Shown in pieces: positions 29,081 through 38,086 of a stretch of DNA of 54,732 nt (position 1 is its first letter; the number at the start of each line of letters is the position of its first letter). The DNA is from Halieaceae bacterium. GTDB lineage: Bacteria > Pseudomonadota > Gammaproteobacteria > Pseudomonadales > Halieaceae. Below the pieces are notes generated by a model. It was given only the letters and a program-made list of their open reading frames with translations, made no database searches and was not told where the DNA came from. The position numbers and the translations under genes are program-made. The DNA lies in the NCBI GenBank assembly GCA_036350855.1, contig JAZBNW010000366.1:1-54732 (forward strand), written 5' to 3'.

Positions 29081-29716
29081 TCAGCCGATGTCGAAGTAGA
29101 GCCGCAGCGTTTCGTGGACCACGTCCATGCTGCTTTTTACCGAGAGCCCCTGGTGCAGGCGCAGCCGGCTCCATGTCTCGAAGGAGGTGACGGCATCGAT
29201 CGCCTCCCTTCTCACCACAGGCAGGTCGGCGATCTCCGGCAGCCAATCGGCGAGGTCCTTGCGCAGGCCGCGCTGGTTCCTGGCGTAGTTTTTCTGCAAC
29301 ACCGGGGAACGCCACATCTGGGCCCGGGTCGACAGCATCAGTGAGGACAGTTTCTCGTAGGCCGTCGCCCTGCGCTCGATGACATGCAGGATACGCTCCT
29401 CGAGGGTACCGGCGCGGTCGCCGCCGGCAAACAGGCCCTCATAGCTCTCCCGCAACTGTGTGTCCATGGTCGCAAACAGGGTTTCCATGTCGGCGAAGTG
29501 CCGGAATACCGTGCGAATGCCGACGCCAGCCCGCTCCGCCACGGTCTGCGCCGTGGGCACCAGAACGCCCTCATTTACCAGCGCCTGCAGGGCATCGATA
29601 ATCTGCTGCCGGCTGCGCTCGGTGCGCAGCAGCCGCCCGTCGGGCTTCTTCGCAGCGCCGGCTTGCCCGCTGCCAGGGCGGCTTTTAACGCTGGCGGGTT
29701 TGTCGGTCTTGTTCAT
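29081..29716 (-). CDS. TetR/AcrR family transcriptional regulator (candidate regulator of the palindrome regulon)
   Basis: 211 aa. HTH region RSRQQIIDALQALVNEGVLVPTAQTVAERAGVGIRTVFRHF. Its start overlaps the stop of the upstream GST-like gene by 4 nt (29713-29716). Confidence 0.85.
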   Translation of the reverse strand: MNKTDKPASVKSRPGSGQAGAAKKPDGRLLRTERSRQQIIDALQALVNEGVLVPTAQTVAERAGVGIRTVFRHFADMETLFATMDTQLRESYEGLFAGGDRAGTLEERILHVIERRATAYEKLSSLMLSTRAQMWRSPVLQKNYARNQRGLRKDLADWLPEIADLPVVRREAIDAVTSFETWSRLRLHQGLSVKSSMDVVHETLRLYFDIG

Positions 29717-30843
29717 TTGCCGCTTGTTCCCCCACTATCCGGCCGGGCTTCCACCAGCTCGAGCTGACCCGGCTTGCGCGCTACCCAGCGGGTAATGTCC
29801 GTATTGAGCGCATCAAACCCGCCTATGGCCTTTAACAGCACATCCGCCGCCGCCCGCTCCTGCGGCGGCAGGGAATGGTAGTGCGCCCAGGGCCGCTGGA
29901 ACATCCACTGGGCGTAGCTGTGGACGACCCGCTCGCCCGAGGCGGACCCGATCCGGAAGGGATGCATGCCCAGGTAACGGGGAATGTCCCCGCCGGGATT
30001 CTGCTCCAGCCAGCTGGCATTGTGGCGAATAACATCCAGTACATCGGGCAGCTGGTCGCGGCACATGGTCTGCAGTATCGGCAGCAGCGTCGCCGGAATC
30101 TCGTCATCCGACAGGAACTCACCGGCAAGGGGCGCCGGATTGTTCATCCGCTCCACCCAGGCGTGGACATTGGGTGCGCGCGCCTGCATCAGGGCTTTTG
30201 GCACCGGGTCGCGGCCGAGGTGGGCATACAGTGGCCCCATCAAGCCGAAGTCGCCAATACCGGGGCGGGAACCCAGCAGGAAGTCAAACTGGCTGAAATG
30301 GCGATCCAGCTGGTCGAGCAGTTCGAGGTAGGTTTCCTCGATCGCCGGTATGGTGTCCGCAGTGATACCCAGCATCGGTACCGAACCGCGAAACATCTTC
30401 GAGGTGCGCTCGCCGATCACCACCTGCTCCTCGTGGGTCGCATCGGGTGCGCTCATTCTGCCGAATTCCGCCATAATGAAATCGTGTTGCTGGTCCAGCA
30501 CACTCCAGCGGTAATGCATGGCGGGAATGACCAGCCACTCGTCACCGTAGAGTTCCAGCATCAAGGCCACCAGTTTCTGCAGGGGCGTGTCGGGGTATAC
30601 GGAAACGGCGGGGTGGGCCGCCTCGAGAAAGTCGATGATGTCGGTGGTATCCTGCACATACAGGCCGTCCGCGGTCGCCAGCACCGGCACGATGGCCGCG
30701 CCGATAGTTGGCAAAATAATCGATTTGTAGATTTCCCCGGTAGCGGTCACCTCCTCCCAGTCGAGCCCCTTGAAGCGCATGTAAGCGCGCGCCTTACCGG
30801 TATAAAGTGAGTGGTCAGCACCGTATAGAATGTAATCTGTCAT
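29713..30843 (-). CDS. long GST-like protein, paralog B
   Basis: 376 aa. GST N-domain-like start (YILYGADHSLYTGKARAYMRFKGLDWEEV). It shares HYRW and LLGSRPGIGDFGLMG blocks with the 23671-24717 protein. Confidence 0.7.
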   Translation of the reverse strand: MTDYILYGADHSLYTGKARAYMRFKGLDWEEVTATGEIYKSIILPTIGAAIVPVLATADGLYVQDTTDIIDFLEAAHPAVSVYPDTPLQKLVALMLELYGDEWLVIPAMHYRWSVLDQQHDFIMAEFGRMSAPDATHEEQVVIGERTSKMFRGSVPMLGITADTIPAIEETYLELLDQLDRHFSQFDFLLGSRPGIGDFGLMGPLYAHLGRDPVPKALMQARAPNVHAWVERMNNPAPLAGEFLSDDEIPATLLPILQTMCRDQLPDVLDVIRHNASWLEQNPGGDIPRYLGMHPFRIGSASGERVVHSYAQWMFQRPWAHYHSLPPQERAAADVLLKAIGGFDALNTDITRWVARKPGQLELVEARPDSGGTSGK

Positions 30844-30924
30844 AGCAGGCTCCCGGCGAAGGCTGTGTCTCCAGGCCGCTTCACGCCGCCCCTGAAAAGT
30901 GTCTCCGGACGGATTAGATCATAT

Positions 30925-30941
30925 TGTCACTTTGCATGCCA
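30925..30941. promoter_or_regulatory. operator-like palindrome, site c: TGTCACTTTGCATGCCA
   Basis: AT-flanked (CATAT...TAATC). It lies 82 nt from the GST-like/TetR operon start and 182 nt from the acyl-CoA synthetase start. Confidence 0.5.
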
Positions 30942-31122
30942 TAATCCTCGCGACCGGACTGTCCGGCCCCGCGCGGGCAACACAGTCCGCCGGCGTCGAC
31001 ACATAGCTGACTATAGCGTCACCCGACAAGGCAGGCCAGCGGGCCTGGTTGCAAGCTGCCGCCAGACGTGCAGAATGGGCGGTTCTCAAGCAGGACTGAT
31101 TTTACGCAGGAGTACCCATAAT

Positions 31123-32826
31123 ATGTATAAAGAACTTCAGGAAACCATCGCCGCGATGACCGCCCCGGGCCAGATGTTCAGCATCGCCGAGGTCGAGGTC
31201 GGCGGCCAGCCGGTAAAAGCCTGGGCCATGGCCCCCGGCTCCCTGCGCGACATATGGCTCAGCACCGCCGGCCATGCCGACAAGGACTACCTGGTCTATC
31301 GTGACGAGCGCTGGACCTACGCCCAGGCACACGAGCAGGTCGCCCGCATTGCCAACTGGCTGGTGGCCAACGGTATCGGCCAACAGGACCGCGTCGCCAT
31401 CGCCATGCGCAACTACCCGGAATGGATGCTCTCCTACTGGGCGATCGCCAGCATCGGTGCCGTGTCGGTGGGTGTCAACGCCTGGTGGGTGCCGGAGGAA
31501 TTGAAATACGGCCTGAAAGACTCCGGCACCAAACTGCTTATCTGCGACAGCGAGCGCCTGTCCCGTTTCGATGAAATCCGCGGCGATTTCCCCGACCTGA
31601 AGGTCGCCGCGGTCCGCGTTGACGACGTGCCATCCTGGGCCTCGCCCTGGACCGAGGTGCTGGCAGCAGAGCCTGCCATGCCCGGGGTCAGCATCCACCC
31701 GGACGACGACGCCTGCATTTTCTATACCTCCGGCACTACCGGCGCGCCCAAGGGTGCCCAGCTGACCCATCGCGGTTGTGTCAACAACCTGCTCAGCGTG
31801 ATCTTTGGCACCATGTCCCAGGCAACGGCACAGGCCAGGGCCCAGGGCAAAACCCCGCCCGACCTGCTCGGCGGCAGCCAGACACAGATGGCGTCGATCG
31901 TCGCGACACCGCTGTTTCATGTCACCGCCAACAATTGCCTCGCACAGACCGCGACTATCGCCGGTGGCAAACTGGTACATATGCACAAGTGGGATCCGGG
32001 CGAGGCGCTGCGCATTATCGAGGAGGAGAAAATCACCGTGTTCAGCGGCGTGCCCACCATGAGCAGGGAGATAATCAATCACCCGGACTTCGCCACCCGC
32101 GACACCTCGACCCTGACGTCGCTGAACGGCGGCGGCGCCGCGGTGCAGCCGGACCTGGTTGGCAAGATTGACAAAGGCGGTCGCGGTGCCCAGCCGGGCC
32201 AGGGCTACGGCATGACCGAGGTGTGCGGCATTATCAGCACCTCCACCGGGTTTTTCCTCTCGGACAAACCCAGCAGCGCCGGCATGGTAGTACCGATCTA
32301 CGACGTAAAGTGCATCGACAAGCAGGGCAATACGCTGGCAGTGGGCGAGACCGGCGAGGTCTGTGTCAGGGGCGCACAGGTCATCAAGGGCTATCTCAAC
32401 CGCCCCGAGGCAACCGAGGAAGCCATCGTCGACGGCTGGTTGCATACCGGTGATATCGGTTATATCGACGAGGACAATTTCATCTACCTGGTCGACCGCG
32501 CCAAGGACATGGTGCTGCGCGGCGGGGAAAACGTCTTCTGCTCCGAGGTGGAAACCGCGCTATACAAGCACCCGGACGTGGCTGAGTGTACTGTTTTCTC
32601 GGTGCCCGACGAGCGCCTGGGTGAGGAAGTGGGCGCTGCGATCTTCCCGGCCCAGGGCAAAAGCCCGACGGCCGAGGAGCTTCGCGCCTTCTGTAAAACC
32701 CAGCTGGCCGCCTACAAGGCGCCCCGCTACATCTGGATACTGGACGAGCCCCTGCCGCGCAACGCCAGCGGCAAATTCGTCAAACGCGCCCTGCAGGACA
32801 GCCTGGCGCTGGCGGATGCCGGTTAG
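31123..32826 (+). CDS. acyl-CoA synthetase (AMP-binding, ANL superfamily)
   Basis: I re-set the start to ATG 31123 (MYKELQETIAAM...). AMP-binding motif IFYTSGTTGAPKGAQLTH, plus the GYGMTE, TGDIGYIDEDNFIYLVDRAKD and PRNASGK motifs. Confidence 0.9.
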   Translation: MYKELQETIAAMTAPGQMFSIAEVEVGGQPVKAWAMAPGSLRDIWLSTAGHADKDYLVYRDERWTYAQAHEQVARIANWLVANGIGQQDRVAIAMRNYPEWMLSYWAIASIGAVSVGVNAWWVPEELKYGLKDSGTKLLICDSERLSRFDEIRGDFPDLKVAAVRVDDVPSWASPWTEVLAAEPAMPGVSIHPDDDACIFYTSGTTGAPKGAQLTHRGCVNNLLSVIFGTMSQATAQARAQGKTPPDLLGGSQTQMASIVATPLFHVTANNCLAQTATIAGGKLVHMHKWDPGEALRIIEEEKITVFSGVPTMSREIINHPDFATRDTSTLTSLNGGGAAVQPDLVGKIDKGGRGAQPGQGYGMTEVCGIISTSTGFFLSDKPSSAGMVVPIYDVKCIDKQGNTLAVGETGEVCVRGAQVIKGYLNRPEATEEAIVDGWLHTGDIGYIDEDNFIYLVDRAKDMVLRGGENVFCSEVETALYKHPDVAECTVFSVPDERLGEEVGAAIFPAQGKSPTAEELRAFCKTQLAAYKAPRYIWILDEPLPRNASGKFVKRALQDSLALADAG

Positions 32827-32919
32827 CGATGCCGGGCGCTATCGGGCGGGCGTTACACGAGCAGCGGTATCTATCCGCAAATACCAGCAGCACCAGGCCA
32901 AACACTTGAGGAGAACAAT

Positions 32920-33210
32920 ATGCCCATTGGAGTGATCGCAAAACTTTCGATACAGCCAGGCAAGAACGCGGAGTTCGAGAGCGTCTTTGGCAAGCTGGCA
33001 GCGGAGGTAAACAGCAGGGAAAGCGGCTGCCACTTCTACGCACTGCACCAGTCCCGCATCGACCCGCAGAGTTACGTGGTACTGGAACAGTACAGCGATG
33101 AAGAGGCCCTGGCGCTACATGGCAAAACCGATTACTTTCGCAGCGCGGGCGCCGAGCTGGCGCCCTGTATGGCGGCCGCGCCGGAAATAGAGTACTTCGA
33201 CGCGGTTTAG
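32920..33210 (+). CDS. antibiotic-biosynthesis-monooxygenase (ABM / YgiN-like) domain protein
   Basis: 96 aa with a ferredoxin-like ABM pattern (IAKLSIQPGKNAEFESVF ... VVLEQYSDEEALALHGKTDYF). Confidence 0.75.
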   Translation: MPIGVIAKLSIQPGKNAEFESVFGKLAAEVNSRESGCHFYALHQSRIDPQSYVVLEQYSDEEALALHGKTDYFRSAGAELAPCMAAAPEIEYFDAV

Positions 33211-33216
33211 CCCCAC

Positions 33217-33236
33217 CCCCGGCTGCGCGGCCGGGG
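33217..33236. terminator. GC-rich hairpin CCCCGGC-N6-GCCGGGG between convergent genes
   Basis: A perfect 7-bp stem read from the sequence, placed between the ABM stop (33210) and the NMO stop (33277). There is no U-tract on either strand, so the terminator call is tentative. Confidence 0.35.
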
Positions 33237-33276
33237 AGCCATTCACGCTACAGACTCTGGCAGGCTATTGCGCCTG

Positions 33277-34248
33277 TCAGTACAGGCCGTTCAGGCGCTT
33301 GTGGATAATGCTGTCCGCCTCGGACATGATTCGGTCGATCAACTCCTTGACGCTCGGGATGTCGTAGACCAGCCCCGCCACCATGCCGCAGGACCAGGCG
33401 CCGACATCCATATCACCGTTGAGCATGATCTTCGGGTAGACCCCCGCGACTTCCTCGATGATATCCTCGAACTTGAGATCCGCCCCCAGTGCCTTCTCTT
33501 TTTCCAGCAGGCGCTCCACCGCGGCGTTGTTCATCACGCGCTCGGTATTGCGCAGGGGGCGCATGACCAGCCGGGTGTCCAGCTCGGACGCGGCCACGAT
33601 CGCCTGCTTGACGTTTTCATGCACCGGTGCCTCTTTGGTGGCGATGAAGCGCGTGCCCATATTCATGCCATCGGCACCCAGGGCCAGTGCGGCCACCAGG
33701 GAGCGGGCATCCGCCATGCCGCCGGAGGCGACGAAGGGGATGGACAGTTCGTCCGCGGCGCGCGGCAGCAGGATGAAATTGGGAATGTCGTCCTCGCCCG
33801 GGTGGCCGCCACACTCGAAACCGTCGACGGAAACAGCGTCACAACCGATGGACTGGGCCTTGAGGGCGTGTCGCACCGCGGTGCACTTGTGTATTACCTT
33901 GATACCCGCTTCCTTGAGCATGGGCATCCACTGCTGCGGGTTGTTGCCGGCGGTCTCCACCACCTTGACGCCGCCGTCGATAATGGCCTGGAACAGCCCC
34001 GGGTAGTCCGGCGGGGTCAGCGTGGGCAGGAAGGTGATATTGACCCCGAACGGCTTGTCGGTCATGGTGCGGCAGCGGGCGATTTCAGCGGCCAGCTTTT
34101 CCGGTGTGCCCTGGGTCAGGCCGGTGATGATGCCGAGTCCGCCCGCGTTGGACACGGCGGCGGCCAGTTCGGCAAATCCGACAAAGTGCATGCCGCCCTG
34201 GATGATCGGGTGTTCGATGCCCAGCATTTCCGTGATACGCGTTTTCAT
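33277..34248 (-). CDS. nitronate monooxygenase (NMO/FabK-like) family protein, copy 2
   Basis: 323 aa. HPIIQGGMHFVG ... SNAGGLGII ... FVASGGMADA ... ALGADGMNMGTR. It is a paralog of the gene at 22699-23637. Confidence 0.85.
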   Translation of the reverse strand: MKTRITEMLGIEHPIIQGGMHFVGFAELAAAVSNAGGLGIITGLTQGTPEKLAAEIARCRTMTDKPFGVNITFLPTLTPPDYPGLFQAIIDGGVKVVETAGNNPQQWMPMLKEAGIKVIHKCTAVRHALKAQSIGCDAVSVDGFECGGHPGEDDIPNFILLPRAADELSIPFVASGGMADARSLVAALALGADGMNMGTRFIATKEAPVHENVKQAIVAASELDTRLVMRPLRNTERVMNNAAVERLLEKEKALGADLKFEDIIEEVAGVYPKIMLNGDMDVGAWSCGMVAGLVYDIPSVKELIDRIMSEADSIIHKRLNGLY

Positions 34249-34274
34249 TTCTTTCTCCTGTCGTCTGGTTTTGC

Positions 34275-35477
34275 CTACTTGAGTTCACTGGAACTCTTGC
34301 CGAGCACCTGCCGGGCAATGATCAGCTGTTGTATCTGCTGGGTGCCCTCGTAGATATCGATAATCTTGGAATCGCGGGCGAACTTCTCCAGCAAATGGGT
34401 TTTGCTGTAACCCAGCTGTCCGCAGATCTCCACGCACTTCAGGGCCACCTGGTTGCCCATGCGCCCGGCCTTGGCCTTGGACATGGACGCATTTTTCGAG
34501 TTCGGTTGCTTGTTGTCGGCCATCCACGCCGCCTTCAATACCAGCAGGCGCGCGGTTTCGTATTCCGCCTCCAGCTCGTACAGGTCGTTCTCGAGGGCGC
34601 TCATCTGGTGATAGTTTTTGTCGTAGTCCAGTTCAACGCCCTTTTCCGCCAGCAATTCATAGGTCAGATCCAGCGCCGCCCGGGCCACACCCAGTGCCTG
34701 GGCCGCCACCATCGGCCGGGTGTTGTCGAAGGTCTGCATAACGCCGCCGAAGGCTTTTTTGCGCGCCTCGGCGGTCCTGGCGATCTCGGGATTGCCCAAC
34801 AGGTTGGCCTTCGGCACCCGGCAGTTCTCGAACACGATCTGCGCGGTATCGGACGCCCGGATACCCAGTTTGTGCTCGACCCGGGTGACGGTCATTCCCG
34901 GCGTACCCTTGGGCACCAGGAACGACTTGATGGCGGCCTTGCCCAGTGACAGGTCGAGGGAGGCCCACACCACCACCTGCTTGCTGCGATAGCCGTCGGT
35001 GACGAAGATTTTTTCACCGTTGATCACCCACTCATCCCCGTCGAGCACGGCGGTGGTCTTGATCGCGGCGGAATCCGAACCGGCACCGGGTTCGGTGATG
35101 GCCATGGCGGCAAACAGCTCGCCCCACTCCTCTTTCTGCTCCTGCGTGGCGACGGCACTGACCGCGGCATTGCCCAGTCCGACATTGGGCAGCGCCAGGA
35201 ACAGGCCGACATCACCCCAGCAGATTTCCGCGGAGGACACGACCATGCTCATGTTGTTGGCATTGCGATTACCGCCCTCAGGGGCGGTATCGGCAGCGGA
35301 CTCCCCGCGACTCCTGCCGCCACCGAGCAGCCTGGCGAGGTCGTACAGCTCCTGCGGCATCTCCTTCTGCTCGAGCAGATCGTACTTGCGCGAAATGGGG
35401 CGCAGCCCCCCCTCGGAAAACTGCCGCAGCAGGGCCCTTGTATCTTCTATTTTTTTCGGTAATTCGAGGTTAATCAT
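34275..35477 (-). CDS. acyl-CoA dehydrogenase, catalytic-type subunit
   Basis: I re-set the start to ATG 35477 (MINLELPKKIEDTRALL...). ACAD fold with the conserved C-terminal catalytic-base context DIYEGTQQIQQLIIAR. Confidence 0.9.
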   Translation of the reverse strand: MINLELPKKIEDTRALLRQFSEGGLRPISRKYDLLEQKEMPQELYDLARLLGGGRSRGESAADTAPEGGNRNANNMSMVVSSAEICWGDVGLFLALPNVGLGNAAVSAVATQEQKEEWGELFAAMAITEPGAGSDSAAIKTTAVLDGDEWVINGEKIFVTDGYRSKQVVVWASLDLSLGKAAIKSFLVPKGTPGMTVTRVEHKLGIRASDTAQIVFENCRVPKANLLGNPEIARTAEARKKAFGGVMQTFDNTRPMVAAQALGVARAALDLTYELLAEKGVELDYDKNYHQMSALENDLYELEAEYETARLLVLKAAWMADNKQPNSKNASMSKAKAGRMGNQVALKCVEICGQLGYSKTHLLEKFARDSKIIDIYEGTQQIQQLIIARQVLGKSSSELK

Positions 35478-35532
35478 AGCGTCACCCTTCCCAATTGACC
35501 TGCCAATTGCCTTGTCTTCCCGCGCGGGGCCA

Positions 35533-36642
35533 TCAAACCAGTAACATGCCGTCCAGCACCGCCAGGGCGCGCAGGTTCCGGTACCACATCTCCACCGGGT
35601 GTTCGCGAGTAAAGCCGTGGCCGCCCAGGAGCTGCACACCGTCAGTACCGATTTTCATGCCGTACCTGATCGCACTGCGATGCGCCAGAAACGCGATGCG
35701 GGTGCAATCCAGCCCGCGCTCCGCCTGGGCAGCAGCACGGTAAACCATCAGCCGCAGGCCCTCGATCTCAGTGGCCATGTCGGCCACCATAAAGGCCACT
35801 GCCTGCCGGTTCGAAACGGGTTCACCGAAGGCGACACGCTCATTCACATAGGGAATGACATAGTCCAGTACCGCCTGGCAGGTACCCACGGCCAGTGCCG
35901 CTGTCGCTATTTTGCCCAGGCTCAGGGTTCGTTTGAGATCGAAGTTGGAGCCCAGCCGCGCCGAGGCCGGCACCACGACATTCTGCAGTGCCATGCCATA
36001 CAGCGGCAGGGGCCGCAGCCCCATATAGTCCTCTTTTTCGAAGCTGATGCCAGGGGTGTCGCCAGCCAGGAGAAACGCCTGGGTGCCCTCTTTCACCGTA
36101 TCGGCGAAGACCAGCAACAGCTTCGCCTCGGGCCCGAAGGCGACCATGCTCTTGGCACCCTCGATGACATAACTGCCGTCGTCGCGCAGCAGTGCAGTGG
36201 TCGCCGGCTGCCGCGGGTCAAAGCCGATTGCCGGCTCCATCAACGCCATGGCCGCCGGGGTAAAGTCCGCACTGGCCAGGGTGTGGCTCACCCGTTCCTT
36301 CTGGGCGTCGGTGCCGTAATCCATCACGCAATTGATGACGGACAGTGGCGCCAGGGCGGCAATCGCCATCGACATATCGCCCCAGGCGAGATCCTCTATA
36401 TTCAGGGCGTTGGAGATCGGGCTGCGGCCCGCGCCGACACCTCCCAGTGCCTCGGGAACGGGCATGAAATTCAGGCCGAGGTCTACTGTCCTGAGCAGGA
36501 AGCCCTCGGGCAAGGCCCCGGCTTCATCAGCGGGCCGCGCCGCACTGGCCATTTCCTCCCGGGCAAAGCGTCTCATCACCTCCCGGGTCATCTGCTGTTC
36601 CTCGGTGGGTGTCAGGTCGAACAGCAGTTCTGCATCGCTCAT
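35533..36642 (-). CDS. acyl-CoA dehydrogenase-family protein lacking the canonical YEG catalytic glutamate (putative non-catalytic partner subunit)
   Basis: 369 aa with the ACAD fold (GGHGFTREHPVEMWYRNLRALAVLDGMLLV). The position of the usual I-Y-E-G reads V-L-D-G. It lies 55 nt upstream of the second ACAD gene. Confidence 0.8.
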   Translation of the reverse strand: MSDAELLFDLTPTEEQQMTREVMRRFAREEMASAARPADEAGALPEGFLLRTVDLGLNFMPVPEALGGVGAGRSPISNALNIEDLAWGDMSMAIAALAPLSVINCVMDYGTDAQKERVSHTLASADFTPAAMALMEPAIGFDPRQPATTALLRDDGSYVIEGAKSMVAFGPEAKLLLVFADTVKEGTQAFLLAGDTPGISFEKEDYMGLRPLPLYGMALQNVVVPASARLGSNFDLKRTLSLGKIATAALAVGTCQAVLDYVIPYVNERVAFGEPVSNRQAVAFMVADMATEIEGLRLMVYRAAAQAERGLDCTRIAFLAHRSAIRYGMKIGTDGVQLLGGHGFTREHPVEMWYRNLRALAVLDGMLLV

Positions 36643-36785
36643 GGGAAATCCTCTTCAGTTCACCAGGACAGGCCACCACGCTGAAGCCTGCTCACGCTTC
36701 CCGCCAGGCCGGCTATCGCGGCGGCTCATTGTGTTACCGAAAAACCAATACTTCAAGCACGTCATTGTCCGCCACCCTACAGTAT

Positions 36786-36802
36786 TGGCATGTTTAATGC
36801 CA
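36786..36802. promoter_or_regulatory. operator-like palindrome, site b: TGGCATGTTTAATGCCA (perfect 6-N5-6)
   Basis: AT-flanked (AGTAT...TATTA). It lies 144 nt from the ACAD operon start and 140 nt from the MDR oxidoreductase start. It matches site a at 16 of 17 positions. Confidence 0.55.
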
Positions 36803-36941
36803 TATTAGTTTGAATTGGGCCCGGCGACCACATCCGGTCCCTGCGGCCATCAATTTCTGGAGGCCAGCGACAGCGAATTCGCCCTGCGCTGGTTCCTTGT
36901 TGGCTATACTGGGGTACAAGCAGACTTCAGGAAACGCGACT

Positions 36942-38039
36942 ATGACAATGAACAGACGGGAATTCAGCCTGACCGCACTGGCATCGGCAGCTGCCCTTGC
37001 GCTCAATCCGGCCCGGGCAGCGGAGCCCGCGATCAACCGCCGGATCGTGCTGGCGTCGCGGCCCACCGGCAAGCCGACCCCGGAGAATTTTCGCCTGGAA
37101 AGTGCAGCTGTGCCCGAACCGGGGGACGGCGAAGTATTACTGCAGACCCTCTATCTTTCCCTCGACCCCTATATGCGGGGCAGGATGAGTGCGCGCGAGA
37201 GCTACGCCCCCTCCGTCGCACTGGGCGCGGTCATGGTCGGCGGCACGGTCAGCAAGGTGGTCAACTCCCGCAACCCCGGGTTCGCACCCGGTGACCTGGT
37301 GACGGCCTATGCCGGCTGGCAGGACTACGCACTTTCCGATGGCAGTGATCTGATGAAACTGGACCCGCGCATCGCGCGACCGTCCTACGCGCTGGGCGTA
37401 CTCGGCATGCCGGGCCTCACCGCCTATGTGGGACTGCTGGACATAGGCCAGCCCAAACCCGGGGACACGGTGGTACTGGCGGCGGCCACCGGGGCGGTGG
37501 GCTCCGTGGTCGGACAGATCGCCAGGCTCAAGGGCTGCAGGGTGGTGGGTATCGCCGGGGCGGCCGAGAAGTGTCGCTACGCAGTCGAGGAGCTGGGCTA
37601 CGATGCCTGTGTCAGCCACTATGACAAGGACATGGCGCAGCAACTGGCCGCTGCCTGCCCCGACGGCATCGATGTCTACTTCGAGAATGTCGGCGGCAGC
37701 TCGTGGGAAGCCGTGATGCCATTGCTTAACAACTTTGCCCGCGTACCCGTATGCGGACTGATAGCCCACTACAACCAGACGGAACTGCCGCCCGGACCGG
37801 ATCGCATGAGCCAGTTGCAGGCGCTGATATTACAGCGGAGCCTGAAAATGCAGGGGTTTATCGTCGGCAACTACCGCGACCGCATCCCCGACTTCGTCCG
37901 CGACATGAGCGGGTGGCTGGCCGCCGGCAAGGTCAAGTATCGCGAGGACATGGTGGAGGGGCTGGAACGGGCGCCGGAGGCTTTCCTGGGCCTGTTCTCG
38001 GGAGAAAACTTCGGCAAGCTGGTGGTGAAGGTCAATTAG
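36942..38039 (+). CDS. NADP-dependent medium-chain oxidoreductase (CurA/YncB / alkenal-one reductase type) with an apparent Tat signal peptide
   Basis: I re-set the start to ATG 36942. The MDR body begins at NRRIVLASRPTGKPTPENFRLE (compare the E. coli CurA N-terminus). Rossmann motif AAATGAVGSVVGQIA. It is preceded by MTMNRREFSLTALASAAALALNPARA/AE. Confidence 0.85.
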   Translation: MTMNRREFSLTALASAAALALNPARAAEPAINRRIVLASRPTGKPTPENFRLESAAVPEPGDGEVLLQTLYLSLDPYMRGRMSARESYAPSVALGAVMVGGTVSKVVNSRNPGFAPGDLVTAYAGWQDYALSDGSDLMKLDPRIARPSYALGVLGMPGLTAYVGLLDIGQPKPGDTVVLAAATGAVGSVVGQIARLKGCRVVGIAGAAEKCRYAVEELGYDACVSHYDKDMAQQLAAACPDGIDVYFENVGGSSWEAVMPLLNNFARVPVCGLIAHYNQTELPPGPDRMSQLQALILQRSLKMQGFIVGNYRDRIPDFVRDMSGWLAAGKVKYREDMVEGLERAPEAFLGLFSGENFGKLVVKVN

Positions 38040-38086
38040 CAGTGGCGGGTCAAACTGGCCGGCCGTGATCAGCCTGGACTGAGCGT

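Noticed and set aside
30866-30909. The direct repeat GTGTCTCC (30868 and 30900 approx.) and the inverted repeat GGACTGT/ACAGTCC (about 30955-30987) near site c.
   Set aside because: These are short (7-8 bp), are not shared with the other three promoter regions, and are plausible by chance.
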